Program-made: the position numbers and the translations under genes
The notes under the pieces: generated by a model
Database searches by the model: none
What the model was told of the DNA's origin: nothing
What the model saw: only the letters and a program-made list of their open reading frames with translations
NCBI RefSeq assembly: GCF_025398735.1
Contig: NZ_CP104694.1
Span: forward strand, 4,707,465-4,739,464
Origin: Tahibacter amnicola
GTDB lineage: Bacteria; Pseudomonadota; Gammaproteobacteria; Xanthomonadales; Rhodanobacteraceae
Length of the DNA stretch: 32,000 bases
Direction: 5' to 3'
Part shown: piece after piece, positions 22,365 to 31,139 of the stretch
Layout of the letters: every line of letters begins with the position of its first letter
Position numbering within the stretch: position 1 is the first letter of the stretch

Positions 22365-23264
22365 ATGAGCCGGGTGCGCTACTTCCAGATGGACGTATTC
22401 GCCGATCGTGTAGGGGGTGGCAACCCCCTCGGCGTGGTCATCGGCGCGGACGCCTGGCCCTGCGCCGCCATGCAACGGTTCGCCGCCTGGACAGACCTGG
22501 TCGAAACCACCTTCCTGCTGCCGCCAACCTCGCCCCAGGCCAGCTACCGGGTGCGCATTTTTACCCCGCGGCGCGAAATCCCCTTTGCCGGACACCCCAC
22601 CATCGGCAGCGCGCACGCGGCCATCGAAGCGGGGCTGGTCGAAGAAACGGCGGATGCCCTGGTCCAGGAATGCGGCGCCGGCTTGCTGCCGATCCGCGTC
22701 GATCGCTCCGGCACTTCACGCGTCCTTTCGGTAGAAGCCCCGCGTGCACGCGTGCTGGAGCCGGATGCGCTGCATGCCAAGCTGGTGCGCGCCATCCTTG
22801 AACACACGCCACTGGGCCGCCTGCCCCCGGCCTTCGTCGAAGGCGGCCGTCGCTGGTGGATTGCCGAATTAAGCGATGAACCTACTTTGCGGAGCTGGAA
22901 ACCAGATCACGTCGCCATCGGCCGGCTCGCCAAGGCCAGTGACAGCCTCGGCCTGTGCGTGTTCGCCCGCGGCAGCGGTCGCGATTACGACATCGCCGTG
23001 CGCGCCTTTCCGGCGGGCGTCGGCATTGTGGAAGACGCCGCATCCGGCGCGGCCAACGGCCTGATCGCCGCCTGGCTGGCGCAATGCGAGCCCAATGGCC
23101 CGCTCGCCCGCGGCTACCGCGTCAGCCAGGGCCGCGAAATCGGACGCGACGCGCATATCGGCATCCGGATCGAGGACGACGGCGCAGTCTGGGTCGGCGG
23201 TACGACGCATACCGTCATCGACGGCTGGGTGACCTGGCCCCCGGCGCGCGCGGCTACCGCCTGA
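22365..23264 (+). CDS. PhzF family isomerase/epimerase-like protein
   Basis: RYFQMDVFADRVGGGNPLGVVIGADAWP, NLVETTFLLPP-like DLVETTFLLPP, FTPRREIPFAGHPTIGSAHA, VEDAASGAANGLIAAWL. Confidence 0.93.
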   Translation: MSRVRYFQMDVFADRVGGGNPLGVVIGADAWPCAAMQRFAAWTDLVETTFLLPPTSPQASYRVRIFTPRREIPFAGHPTIGSAHAAIEAGLVEETADALVQECGAGLLPIRVDRSGTSRVLSVEAPRARVLEPDALHAKLVRAILEHTPLGRLPPAFVEGGRRWWIAELSDEPTLRSWKPDHVAIGRLAKASDSLGLCVFARGSGRDYDIAVRAFPAGVGIVEDAASGAANGLIAAWLAQCEPNGPLARGYRVSQGREIGRDAHIGIRIEDDGAVWVGGTTHTVIDGWVTWPPARAATA

Positions 23265-23279
23265 TCGCGCGGCCCTCGC

Positions 23280-23783
23280 TCAGCCACGCACCTCGAACTG
23301 GCTGCGAAACACGGTGTCATCCGATTCCTGTGGCGCGCCGGCCAGGATCCAGTCGTAGATCAAGGCCTGCTCGGCGATCGGAATCGGAATGCGCCCGCGC
23401 GGCATGCGCAGGCCCACATCGGGTGTCTGGCAGTTGAGTTTCTCGAACAGCATGCTGTTCAGCGGCTGGCCCGGCACCACCAGGGTGCGGGTCAGATCCT
23501 GGTTGCTCGGGACGTCCACGAGGTAATACCAGGAAAGACCGGGATTGAGGTCCAGTCCGGCCTCCGGCGAACCTTCCTGCTCGACATGGCAGTTGGCGCA
23601 ACGGTTGTCGAAGATGGGCTGGATGTCCATCGCATAGTTCATGTGCTGCCGCAGCGGCACGGTCTGGATAGAGTCGCAACCGGAGGCCAGCGGCTGTCCA
23701 TCAGCCGTTCCGGGCATCCAGGCGGACGCGGAGCCGGCAAGGCCGAGGCCGCCGAACACCGCGGAAAGAAGCGCACGTCGCAT
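23280..23783 (-). CDS. Secreted c-type cytochrome-like protein, single CXXCH
   Basis: Signal peptide MRRALLSAVFGGLGLAGSASA, IQPIFDNRCANCHVEQEG heme-attachment motif, VVPGQPLNSMLFEKL and LRMPRGRIPI as possible distal Met ligand; resembles planctomycete-type cytochrome C domains. Confidence 0.8.
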   Translation of the reverse strand: MRRALLSAVFGGLGLAGSASAWMPGTADGQPLASGCDSIQTVPLRQHMNYAMDIQPIFDNRCANCHVEQEGSPEAGLDLNPGLSWYYLVDVPSNQDLTRTLVVPGQPLNSMLFEKLNCQTPDVGLRMPRGRIPIPIAEQALIYDWILAGAPQESDDTVFRSQFEVRG

Positions 23784-23899
23784 GGCAGTCGTCTTGGGGA
23801 ATACCGCGCCAGTCTAGTCATCCGGCGCGGCGGGCACAGTGACCGCCTCCGCGTTCGAAGGCCCTGGGCCGACGAACGGCGGCAAGCGAAGCTGGCGCC

Positions 23900-24280
23900 T
23901 CAGCGGGCGGGGCCGGCCGCGCGCAGGGATCGCGCCAGCAGGCCGATACCCCCGAAGAGCATCACCAGCATGAGCAAGGTCTGGAAAAGACTGGTGGGGC
24001 GGAAATAGATCTGCAGGTTGGCAATCACGCCGGCAATGACGATGACCAGGCCGCCGATGAGCAGCAGCCAGCCGACCACGGACTTGCCGTTGAAGAACAG
24101 CATCGCCACGCCGATGACAAACGGCGCCAGCGACAGGCCGAAGGAGTTGTATCCCCACAGGTTCCAGTGGCCGCCCGACACCACGACCTGGTTCATCAGC
24201 AACCAGCCGCCGGCAACCGCCAGCACGAATCCCAGCAGGAATTCACCGATCCCACCGGGCGTACCGCCCGCACCCGACAT
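23900..24280 (-). CDS. Small integral membrane protein
   Basis: 126 aa. [37 protein letters not shown]...[33 protein letters not shown]...[22 protein letters not shown], four hydrophobic segments. No family assigned. Confidence 0.75.
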   Translation of the reverse strand: MSGAGGTPGGIGEFLLGFVLAVAGGWLLMNQVVVSGGHWNLWGYNSFGLSLAPFVIGVAMLFFNGKSVVGWLLLIGGLVIVIAGVIANLQIYFRPTSLFQTLLMLVMLFGGIGLLARSLRAAGPAR

Positions 24281-24443
24281 CGCCACTGGTCTGCTCCCTC
24301 TGATCGTGGGTGGAAAAGTACGGTCTGGAACCGGGCAGGTCAAACGTTTTGAGGTGTGGTGCCGCATCCGCGGGCGTCCGTCCAGTCTGGTCTGGGGCGC
24401 CCCCCTGTGGTTTGATGCGCAGCTTCACGAAATCGGCGCGGGC

Positions 24444-26051
24444 ATGAGCATGATTGAATCGAAGATCGACACGCGGAGTCCCGAGTTCCAGGCCAACGCC
24501 GCGCAGCTGCGCGCCGCGGTCGAGGACCTGCAACACACCATGGCCCGTGTCGCCCTCGGCGGCGGCGAGAAAGCACGCCAGAAACACACCGAACGCGGCA
24601 AATTGCTGCCGCGCGAACGCATCCGGGCGCTGCTGGACCCGGGCTCCCCGTTCCTGGAGCTATCTCCGCTGGCCGCGCACGGCATGTACGACGAGCAGGC
24701 GCCCTGCGCCGGCGTCATTGCCGGCATCGGCCGCGTGCATGGCCGCGAGGTGGTCGTGGTGGCCAACGATGCCACCGTCAAGGGCGGCACCTATTTCCCG
24801 ATCACGGTGAAAAAGCACCTGCGGGCCCAGGAAGTGGCGCTGGAGAACCGTCTGCCCTGCGTCTATCTGGTCGACTCCGGCGGCGCCTTCCTGCCCCTGC
24901 AGGACGAAGTCTTTCCCGACAAGGAGCACTTCGGCCGCATCTTCTACAACCAGGCCCGCCTGAGCGGGCTGGGCATTCCGCAGATCGCCGTCGTGATGGG
25001 CTCGTGCACCGCCGGCGGTGCCTATGTGCCCGCCATGTGCGACGAAACCATCATCGTGAAGGAACAGGGCACGATCTTCCTGGGCGGCCCGCCCCTGGTG
25101 AAGGCCGCAACGGGTGAAGTCGTCGATGCCGAGTCGCTGGGCGGCGCGGACGTGCATACGTCCCTGTCGGGCGTGGCCGACCATTTCGCCGAGAATGACC
25201 AGCACGCCCTCGCCATCGCGCGCGACGTGGTCAAGCACCTCAACCGCACCAAACCGATGCCGCTGGCGGTGCAACCGCCGGTCGAACCGGCCTACCCTGC
25301 CGATGACATCTACGGCATCGTTCCGGCCGATACCCGGCGGCCGTTCGACATCCGCGAAATCATCGCGCGCATCGTCGATGGCTCCGCGCTGCAGGAATTC
25401 AAGGCCCGCTACGGCAAGACCCTGGTCTGCGGCTTTGCCCACATCCACGGCTATCCGGTCGGCATCGTGGCGAACAACGGCATTCTGTTCGCCGAGTCGG
25501 CGCTCAAGGGGGCGCACTTCATCGAGCTGTGCAACCAGCGCAATATCCCGCTGGTCTTCCTGCAGAACATCACCGGCTTCATGGTCGGCAAGAAGTACGA
25601 GAACGCCGGCATCGCCAAGGACGGCGCCAAGATGGTCACGGCCGTCGCCTGCTCGCATGTGCCCAAGTTCACCGTGATCATCGGCGGCAGCTTCGGCGCG
25701 GGCAACTATGCCATGTGCGGTCGCGGCTACCAGCCGCGTTTCCTGTGGATGTGGCCGAATGCGCGCATCAGCGTGATGGGTGGGGAGCAGGCCGCCTCGG
25801 TGCTGGCGACGGTGCGTCGCGACAGCATGGAAGCGGCCGGGCAGAACTGGAGCACGGAGGAAGAGGACGCGTTCAAAGGGCCGATCCGCGCCCAGTATGA
25901 ACGCCAGGGCCACCCCTACTATGCCAGTGCGCGGCTTTGGGACGACGGCGTGATCGATCCGGTGGATACACGGCGCGTACTGGGACTTGCGATCTCCGCC
26001 AGCCTCAATGCGCCGATCGAGCCACAACGCTTCGGTGTTTTCCGCATGTAG
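24444..26051 (+). CDS. Acyl-CoA carboxylase carboxyltransferase subunit, methylcrotonoyl-CoA carboxylase beta-like
   Basis: 535 aa. [155 protein letters not shown]. Confidence 0.92.
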   Translation: MSMIESKIDTRSPEFQANAAQLRAAVEDLQHTMARVALGGGEKARQKHTERGKLLPRERIRALLDPGSPFLELSPLAAHGMYDEQAPCAGVIAGIGRVHGREVVVVANDATVKGGTYFPITVKKHLRAQEVALENRLPCVYLVDSGGAFLPLQDEVFPDKEHFGRIFYNQARLSGLGIPQIAVVMGSCTAGGAYVPAMCDETIIVKEQGTIFLGGPPLVKAATGEVVDAESLGGADVHTSLSGVADHFAENDQHALAIARDVVKHLNRTKPMPLAVQPPVEPAYPADDIYGIVPADTRRPFDIREIIARIVDGSALQEFKARYGKTLVCGFAHIHGYPVGIVANNGILFAESALKGAHFIELCNQRNIPLVFLQNITGFMVGKKYENAGIAKDGAKMVTAVACSHVPKFTVIIGGSFGAGNYAMCGRGYQPRFLWMWPNARISVMGGEQAASVLATVRRDSMEAAGQNWSTEEEDAFKGPIRAQYERQGHPYYASARLWDDGVIDPVDTRRVLGLAISASLNAPIEPQRFGVFRM

Positions 26052-26100
26052 TCTCCGGCAGAACACTGCAGGGAAGCCGCCCCCGGCCACCAGGGGCCCC

Positions 26101-26125
26101 GCCCGGACGGATCCGGGCATTTTTT
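26101..26125 (+). terminator. Rho-independent terminator after the carboxyltransferase gene
   Basis: GCCCGGA-(cgga)-TCCGGGC followed by ATTTTTTC; canonical stem-loop plus U-tract. Confidence 0.88.
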
Positions 26126-26145
26126 CACTTTGCACAAAGTCCATC

Positions 26146-27828
26146 ATGATTGTCGGAATCGATCTTGGCACCACCCATTCGTTGATCGGCGCGTTCGGCG
26201 ACGAAGGCGCGCGACTGTTTCCCAATGCATTGGGCGATTTCCTGACACCCTCGGTGGTCAGCATCGATGATCGCGGCGAGATCATCATCGGCCAGGCCGC
26301 GCGCGAGCGCCTCGTCACGCACCCCCAGGCCAGCGTGGCGGCGTTCAAGCGCTGGATGGGCACGGCGCGCGAAACCACGCTCGGCAACCGGCATTTCCGC
26401 CCCGAAGAACTTTCGGCGCTGCTGCTTCGCACCCTCATCGCCGATGCCGAGGCGGCGACCGGCGAGAAGGTGACCGAGGCCGTGATCAGCGTGCCGGCCT
26501 ATTTCTCCGACGCACAGCGCAAGGCGACGCGCGCCGCCGGCGAGCTGGCCGGCATCCGCGTCGACCGGTTGATCAACGAACCCACCGCCGCCGCACTCGC
26601 CTACGGCCTGCAGGAGCGCGCCGAAGGCGGCCGCTTCCTGGTGTTTGATCTGGGCGGCGGCACCTTCGATGTCTCCATCCTGGAACTGTTCGACGGCGTG
26701 GTCGAAGTGCACGCCAGCGCCGGCGACAATTTCCTGGGCGGCGAGGATTTCCTCCAGGTGCTCGTGCAGGCTTTCTGTGCCGATCTGGACATCGACCCGG
26801 CTGCGCTCTCGCCTCGCGAATCGGGCCAGTTGCGGCACCGGCTGGAACGCGCCAAGCGCGAACTCAGCCAACAGGCCAGCCTGCGCGTGGAGATTGCCCT
26901 CGGCGGCAAGGAACACTCCTGGGAGATCACCGAAGAGCGCTTCGTGCGCCTGGCTGACCCGCTGGTGCAGCGCCTGCGCGCGCCACTGGAGCGCGCAATG
27001 CGCGACGCGCGCCTGCAACCGCAGGATCTCCAGGAAATCGTGCTGGTCGGCGGCGCTTCGCGCATGCCGCTGGTCGCACGGCTGGTGTCGCGCATGTTCG
27101 GCCGCCTGCCACTGCGCCATGTGAACCCGGACCAGGCCATTGCACTAGGAGCGGCGGTCGCCGCAGGCCTGAAGGCACGCGACCACCGTCTCGAGGAAAT
27201 CATCCTGACAGACGTGTGCCCCTATACGCTGGGTACGCAGGTGTCGCGGCGTGACCACACCGGCGCCCACCAGGCCGGCTTCTTCCATCCCATCATTCAC
27301 CGCAACAGCACGGTGCCAGTCAGCCGTGAAGACACGTTCTGGCCCGTCAGCGAGAACGCCACACGCCTTGTGATCGACGTCTTCCAGGGCGAAAACCCGA
27401 TGGTCGACAACAACATCAAGTTGGGCGAGCTGGAAATTCCGCTACCGCCGAACAAGCGCAACGACGAAAACGCCGTCGTCGTGCGGTTCACCTACGACAT
27501 CAATGGCGCCCTGCAGGTCGAAGCCAAGGTGCGCGCCACCGGGCAGATGCACGAAGTCGTGCTCGAACAAAATCCAGGTCTGCTGACGCCCGCCGAGATC
27601 CGCGCCCGCTTCGCCGCCCTGTCGGAAATCAAGATCCATCCGCGCGGCAAGCAGGAAAACATCGCCGTGCTGGCGCGCGCCGAACGGATGTATGAAGAAC
27701 GCCTGGACGAGCGCGAACGCCTGCAGGAATGGATGGTGCGTTTCCGCGCCATCCTGGAAACCCAGGACGAAAAGTTGATCCGGCAGCACCGCGAAGAACT
27801 TGGCAAGGCGCTGGATTACCTGGAGTAG
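26146..27828 (+). CDS. hscC: HscC-type Hsp70 family chaperone
   Basis: 560 aa. MIVGIDLGTTHSLIGAFGDEGARLFPNALGDFLTPSVVSID, VFDLGGGTFDVSILELFDG, VLVGGASRMPLVARLV, TDVCPYTLGTQV, and a short C-terminus without a DnaK-type EEVD tail; HscC-like. Confidence 0.88.
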   Translation: MIVGIDLGTTHSLIGAFGDEGARLFPNALGDFLTPSVVSIDDRGEIIIGQAARERLVTHPQASVAAFKRWMGTARETTLGNRHFRPEELSALLLRTLIADAEAATGEKVTEAVISVPAYFSDAQRKATRAAGELAGIRVDRLINEPTAAALAYGLQERAEGGRFLVFDLGGGTFDVSILELFDGVVEVHASAGDNFLGGEDFLQVLVQAFCADLDIDPAALSPRESGQLRHRLERAKRELSQQASLRVEIALGGKEHSWEITEERFVRLADPLVQRLRAPLERAMRDARLQPQDLQEIVLVGGASRMPLVARLVSRMFGRLPLRHVNPDQAIALGAAVAAGLKARDHRLEEIILTDVCPYTLGTQVSRRDHTGAHQAGFFHPIIHRNSTVPVSREDTFWPVSENATRLVIDVFQGENPMVDNNIKLGELEIPLPPNKRNDENAVVVRFTYDINGALQVEAKVRATGQMHEVVLEQNPGLLTPAEIRARFAALSEIKIHPRGKQENIAVLARAERMYEERLDERERLQEWMVRFRAILETQDEKLIRQHREELGKALDYLE

Positions 27829-27831
27829 ACC

Positions 27832-29331
27832 GTGCAGTTCCTGCAATTCCTGGGTCTTGATGCCAGCGCCGACGAGCGCACGATCCGGCGCGCCTATGCC
27901 GTCCGGCTCAAGCGCACGCGTCCGGATGAAGATCCACAGGGTTTCCAGCGGTTGCACGAGGCCTACCAGGCGGCGCTGCGCTGGTCGCGCGAACGGATGG
28001 ACGACGTGCCAGACTCCACGGACGACGAGGAGGAAGCAGACGACGCATCCACCTCGCCCGGCGTCGCGCGAATTCCTCACGAAACGCTCCCAGCTGCCAG
28101 CGCGCAGCACACCCGACTGGCCCAGTCGACCAGCTCGGGCCCGACGCCGTCGACCTCACCGGCGGACGGCATCGACGTGGACGGGCTTGCCGCGCCGCCA
28201 CCCGCGCCCGAGGCCGCCGATGAAGCCTCCGGCCGCAGCTTCGACTTCGGCGCCTACTTTGATGACCTGCGGTACCTGGGAAATGCCGGCGACGCGCAGG
28301 CGATGGCCGATTGGCTGAACGGCCAGCCGGTACTGTGGTCGCTGCAGGCCAAGGCGGCGATTGGCCAGGTCACCATCCGGGCGATCCGTGAACACGGCGC
28401 GCCGATGCCCCGGCAGTGCTACGACGTGCTGCTGCGCTTCTTCGGTTTTGACCAGGTACTGGGAACCCAGGACGCCATGATGCTCAAGTGGCTGGGCGAC
28501 AACGCGCATGTGCGCTGGTGCCTGACCTCGCCATCGCAGGAACCCATCGTCGCGCTGACCGGCCTTTCGACCTACGCCAACCGTCCGCTGAGCGAGTCCG
28601 CCTACCTGCGCGGCCTGCTGGCCCGTCCCTTCACCTGGGCAACGGTGCTCACCGCAGGCCTGCGGCCATTCATGCCCTCGCGCACGCGGCGCTTTCTGCT
28701 GGCGCTTGGTGGGGGACTGCAGTATCCCTTGTCGCCGCCACTGGACACACGCCAGATCGGCTTCTGGCTGCGCGCCGGCGATACCGACGAGATGTCACCG
28801 CAACGATTGGCCATCGGCGCCTCCCGCGCGGGCCTGCTGACCGTGTGCCTGCTGCTGCTTGCACTGATCTACCCGATCCTCCCGGCAAAGCCGATGGTGG
28901 CATTCATCGGTGTCCTGGGCGTCGCGTTCGTGGGCGGATGGGCGGCTCTTGCGCTCTGGTCCGGCGTCACGCAGTGGCAGAACGCGCCCCAGTCTCCGCA
29001 CGAAACGGGGTGGCAGGCCGCGTTGCGCCTGGCGTTTATTCCGCTGCTGGCCGGCACCGGCGCGCTTGCTACCCATTCGGGAGCGCCCGAGCTGGCGGCG
29101 GGCATCCTGGCATTCGGCCTGGCCGTCGCCATCGTCCGGTTCCGACGGCGCGCCGGCTATGGCACCTTCCATCTGTCGGTATGGATGCTGTTCCTGCTAA
29201 TTCCGCTAGCCCGGGTACTGGCCGGGCTCGGCGCCTTCCTCTACTTCATGGCCGACGCCGGTGCTGCCGTGGTACTGGCGATCTGGGCCGTCGACGCCTG
29301 GAAGCACCGCCTGCGCGCACGGACGGCCTGA
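27832..29331 (+). CDS. J-domain-like membrane protein, probable HscC partner
   Basis: 499 aa, GTG start 3 nt after the hscC stop with TGGAG SD. N-terminus FLQFLGLDASADERTIRRAYAVRLKRTRPDEDPQGFQRLHEAYQAALRW has J-domain layout, followed by an acidic/STP-rich linker and a multi-TM C-terminus. Confidence 0.8.
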   Translation: MQFLQFLGLDASADERTIRRAYAVRLKRTRPDEDPQGFQRLHEAYQAALRWSRERMDDVPDSTDDEEEADDASTSPGVARIPHETLPAASAQHTRLAQSTSSGPTPSTSPADGIDVDGLAAPPPAPEAADEASGRSFDFGAYFDDLRYLGNAGDAQAMADWLNGQPVLWSLQAKAAIGQVTIRAIREHGAPMPRQCYDVLLRFFGFDQVLGTQDAMMLKWLGDNAHVRWCLTSPSQEPIVALTGLSTYANRPLSESAYLRGLLARPFTWATVLTAGLRPFMPSRTRRFLLALGGGLQYPLSPPLDTRQIGFWLRAGDTDEMSPQRLAIGASRAGLLTVCLLLLALIYPILPAKPMVAFIGVLGVAFVGGWAALALWSGVTQWQNAPQSPHETGWQAALRLAFIPLLAGTGALATHSGAPELAAGILAFGLAVAIVRFRRRAGYGTFHLSVWMLFLLIPLARVLAGLGAFLYFMADAGAAVVLAIWAVDAWKHRLRARTA

Positions 29332-29423
29332 TCGGCGACACACTTTTTGACCGTGTATCCGGCCAACCCCTACCGCTCGGCGGCGGCCATCGTCAACGTG
29401 TGCGGCACGTCTCGCCGTAAATG

Positions 29424-29444
29424 CAGACTGGTGCGTACAGTCTG
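29424..29444. promoter_or_regulatory. Perfect inverted repeat upstream of the DUF1800 gene
   Basis: CAGACTG-(gtgcgta)-CAGTCTG, ending 27 nt before the chosen ATG at 29472. Confidence 0.45.
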
Positions 29445-29471
29445 GCGTTGCCAGTCCGGGGAAAACTCACT

Positions 29472-31127
29472 ATGCCACGTCAATTTCTTGTCGGAATTGC
29501 GGCCGTCGTGTGCGCGGCAGCTTTTTCCGCTACCGCCCAGGCTCGAACGTTTTTCCGCTCGGGTTTCGAGTCGCCAACCGATATCCCGGCGACCGACGCA
29601 CAGGCCGCGCGCTTCCTGACCCAGGCGACCTTCGGTCCGACCACCGCCGACATCGCACGGGTACGCACCGTCGGCCTGAGCCGCTGGATCGACGAACAGT
29701 TCAATGTTCCCCCGACCACGGCGCGCTCGTACCTGGAAGCGGTCGATGCCGCGAACGGCACTAGCAATGGCATCGGGCACACCCAGCGCTACGATCGCTG
29801 GTTCCACACCGCCGCCTACGGCCAGGACCAGTTGCGCCAGCGCATGGCCTGGGCGCTGTCGCAGATTTTCGTCATTTCCGACCAGAACGGCACGCTCGCC
29901 GGCGAACCGCTGTATGTCGCCGAATACTGGGACATGCTCGCCCGCGACGGCTTCGGTTACTACCGCCAGCTGCTCGAAAACGTTACGCTCAACCAGTCGA
30001 TGGGCAAGTACCTCAGCCACTTCCGCAACAAGAAGGCGAGTGCCACTTCCGAGCCCGACGAGAACTATGCGCGTGAAATCATGCAGCTGTTCTCGATCGG
30101 ACTGATCGAACGCGACCTGGACTTCTCGCCCATCCTCGACGGCCAGAACCAGCCCGTTCCGACCTACGACCAGAACGTCATCACGCAGTTGGCCAAGCTC
30201 TTCACGGGCCTCAATTACGCCAACGCGACCAACATCAACAACGGCTCGAACAGCCTGATGCCGATGACCTGCATCACCGCGGAGCACGACTTCACGGCCA
30301 AGACGGTGCTTGGCGGCGTCGTGCTGCCGGCGAATGCCCCCAGCTGCCTGGCTGACATCCGCGCAGGGCTCGACCTCATCGCCGCCCACTCGAACGTCGC
30401 GCCGTTTATTTCGCGCCAGCTGATCCAGCGCTTCGTCACCAGCAATCCCTCGCCCGAATACATCGAACGCGTGGCCCAGGTGTTCCTCAACAATGGCGAC
30501 GGCGAGATCGGTGACCTGCGCGCCGTGCTCAAGGCGATACTGCTCGACAGTGAAGCCCGCAACAACGCACCGCCGGCGAACTTCGGCAAGCTGCGCGAGC
30601 CGCTGCTGCGACTGACCGCCATGTGGCGCGCCTGGAATGCGCAGCCGCCGCCGACCACGCAGTTCGGCGAGATCAACATGGGTATTCCCGCCTTCGGTAA
30701 TTACGACTACGGGCAGAAGCCGCTGTCCGCGCCCACCGTGTTCAACTTCTACGAACCGGACTACCAGCCACCAGGCCCCCTGGCGGAAGCACACCTGTTC
30801 GCGCCGGAATTCCAGATCATCAACGAGTCGACCACCTACAGCATCTCCAACAGCCTGGCGCGCTACTCCTTCGAGTCTTACGTCGGCATGAGCTCGCCGC
30901 CGGCAGACCGCCCGCTGCTCAACCTCACTGCGCTGGCCGCCATCGCGACGCCGGCGGCCATGGTTGAAGACGCGAACCAGCGCATGATGTACGGGGCGAT
31001 GTCCGCAAACATGAAGACCGCACTGACGAACATGCTCACCTTCATGAACGGCGCCAACAACCTGGAAAAGGCGCGTTCGCTGGTTCAGCTGATCGCCATG
31101 TCGCCCGAATACGCCACGCAACGCTGA
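29472..31127 (+). CDS. DUF1800 family protein, secreted
   Basis: MPRQFLVGIAAVVCAAAFSATAQA signal peptide, RTFFRSGFESP, AARFLTQATFGPTTADIARV...WIDEQF, LRQRMAWALSQIFVIS, NYAREIMQLFSIGL, PTVFNFYEPDY; DUF1800 hallmarks. Confidence 0.92.
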   Translation: MPRQFLVGIAAVVCAAAFSATAQARTFFRSGFESPTDIPATDAQAARFLTQATFGPTTADIARVRTVGLSRWIDEQFNVPPTTARSYLEAVDAANGTSNGIGHTQRYDRWFHTAAYGQDQLRQRMAWALSQIFVISDQNGTLAGEPLYVAEYWDMLARDGFGYYRQLLENVTLNQSMGKYLSHFRNKKASATSEPDENYAREIMQLFSIGLIERDLDFSPILDGQNQPVPTYDQNVITQLAKLFTGLNYANATNINNGSNSLMPMTCITAEHDFTAKTVLGGVVLPANAPSCLADIRAGLDLIAAHSNVAPFISRQLIQRFVTSNPSPEYIERVAQVFLNNGDGEIGDLRAVLKAILLDSEARNNAPPANFGKLREPLLRLTAMWRAWNAQPPPTTQFGEINMGIPAFGNYDYGQKPLSAPTVFNFYEPDYQPPGPLAEAHLFAPEFQIINESTTYSISNSLARYSFESYVGMSSPPADRPLLNLTALAAIATPAAMVEDANQRMMYGAMSANMKTALTNMLTFMNGANNLEKARSLVQLIAMSPEYATQR

Positions 31128-31139
31128 GGATTTGCCGCC

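Noticed and set aside
24660-26438. 592-aa minus-strand ORF
   Set aside because: It is entirely antisense to the well-supported carboxyltransferase and the start of hscC. It is rich in H/R/D low-complexity and is a GC-driven shadow ORF.
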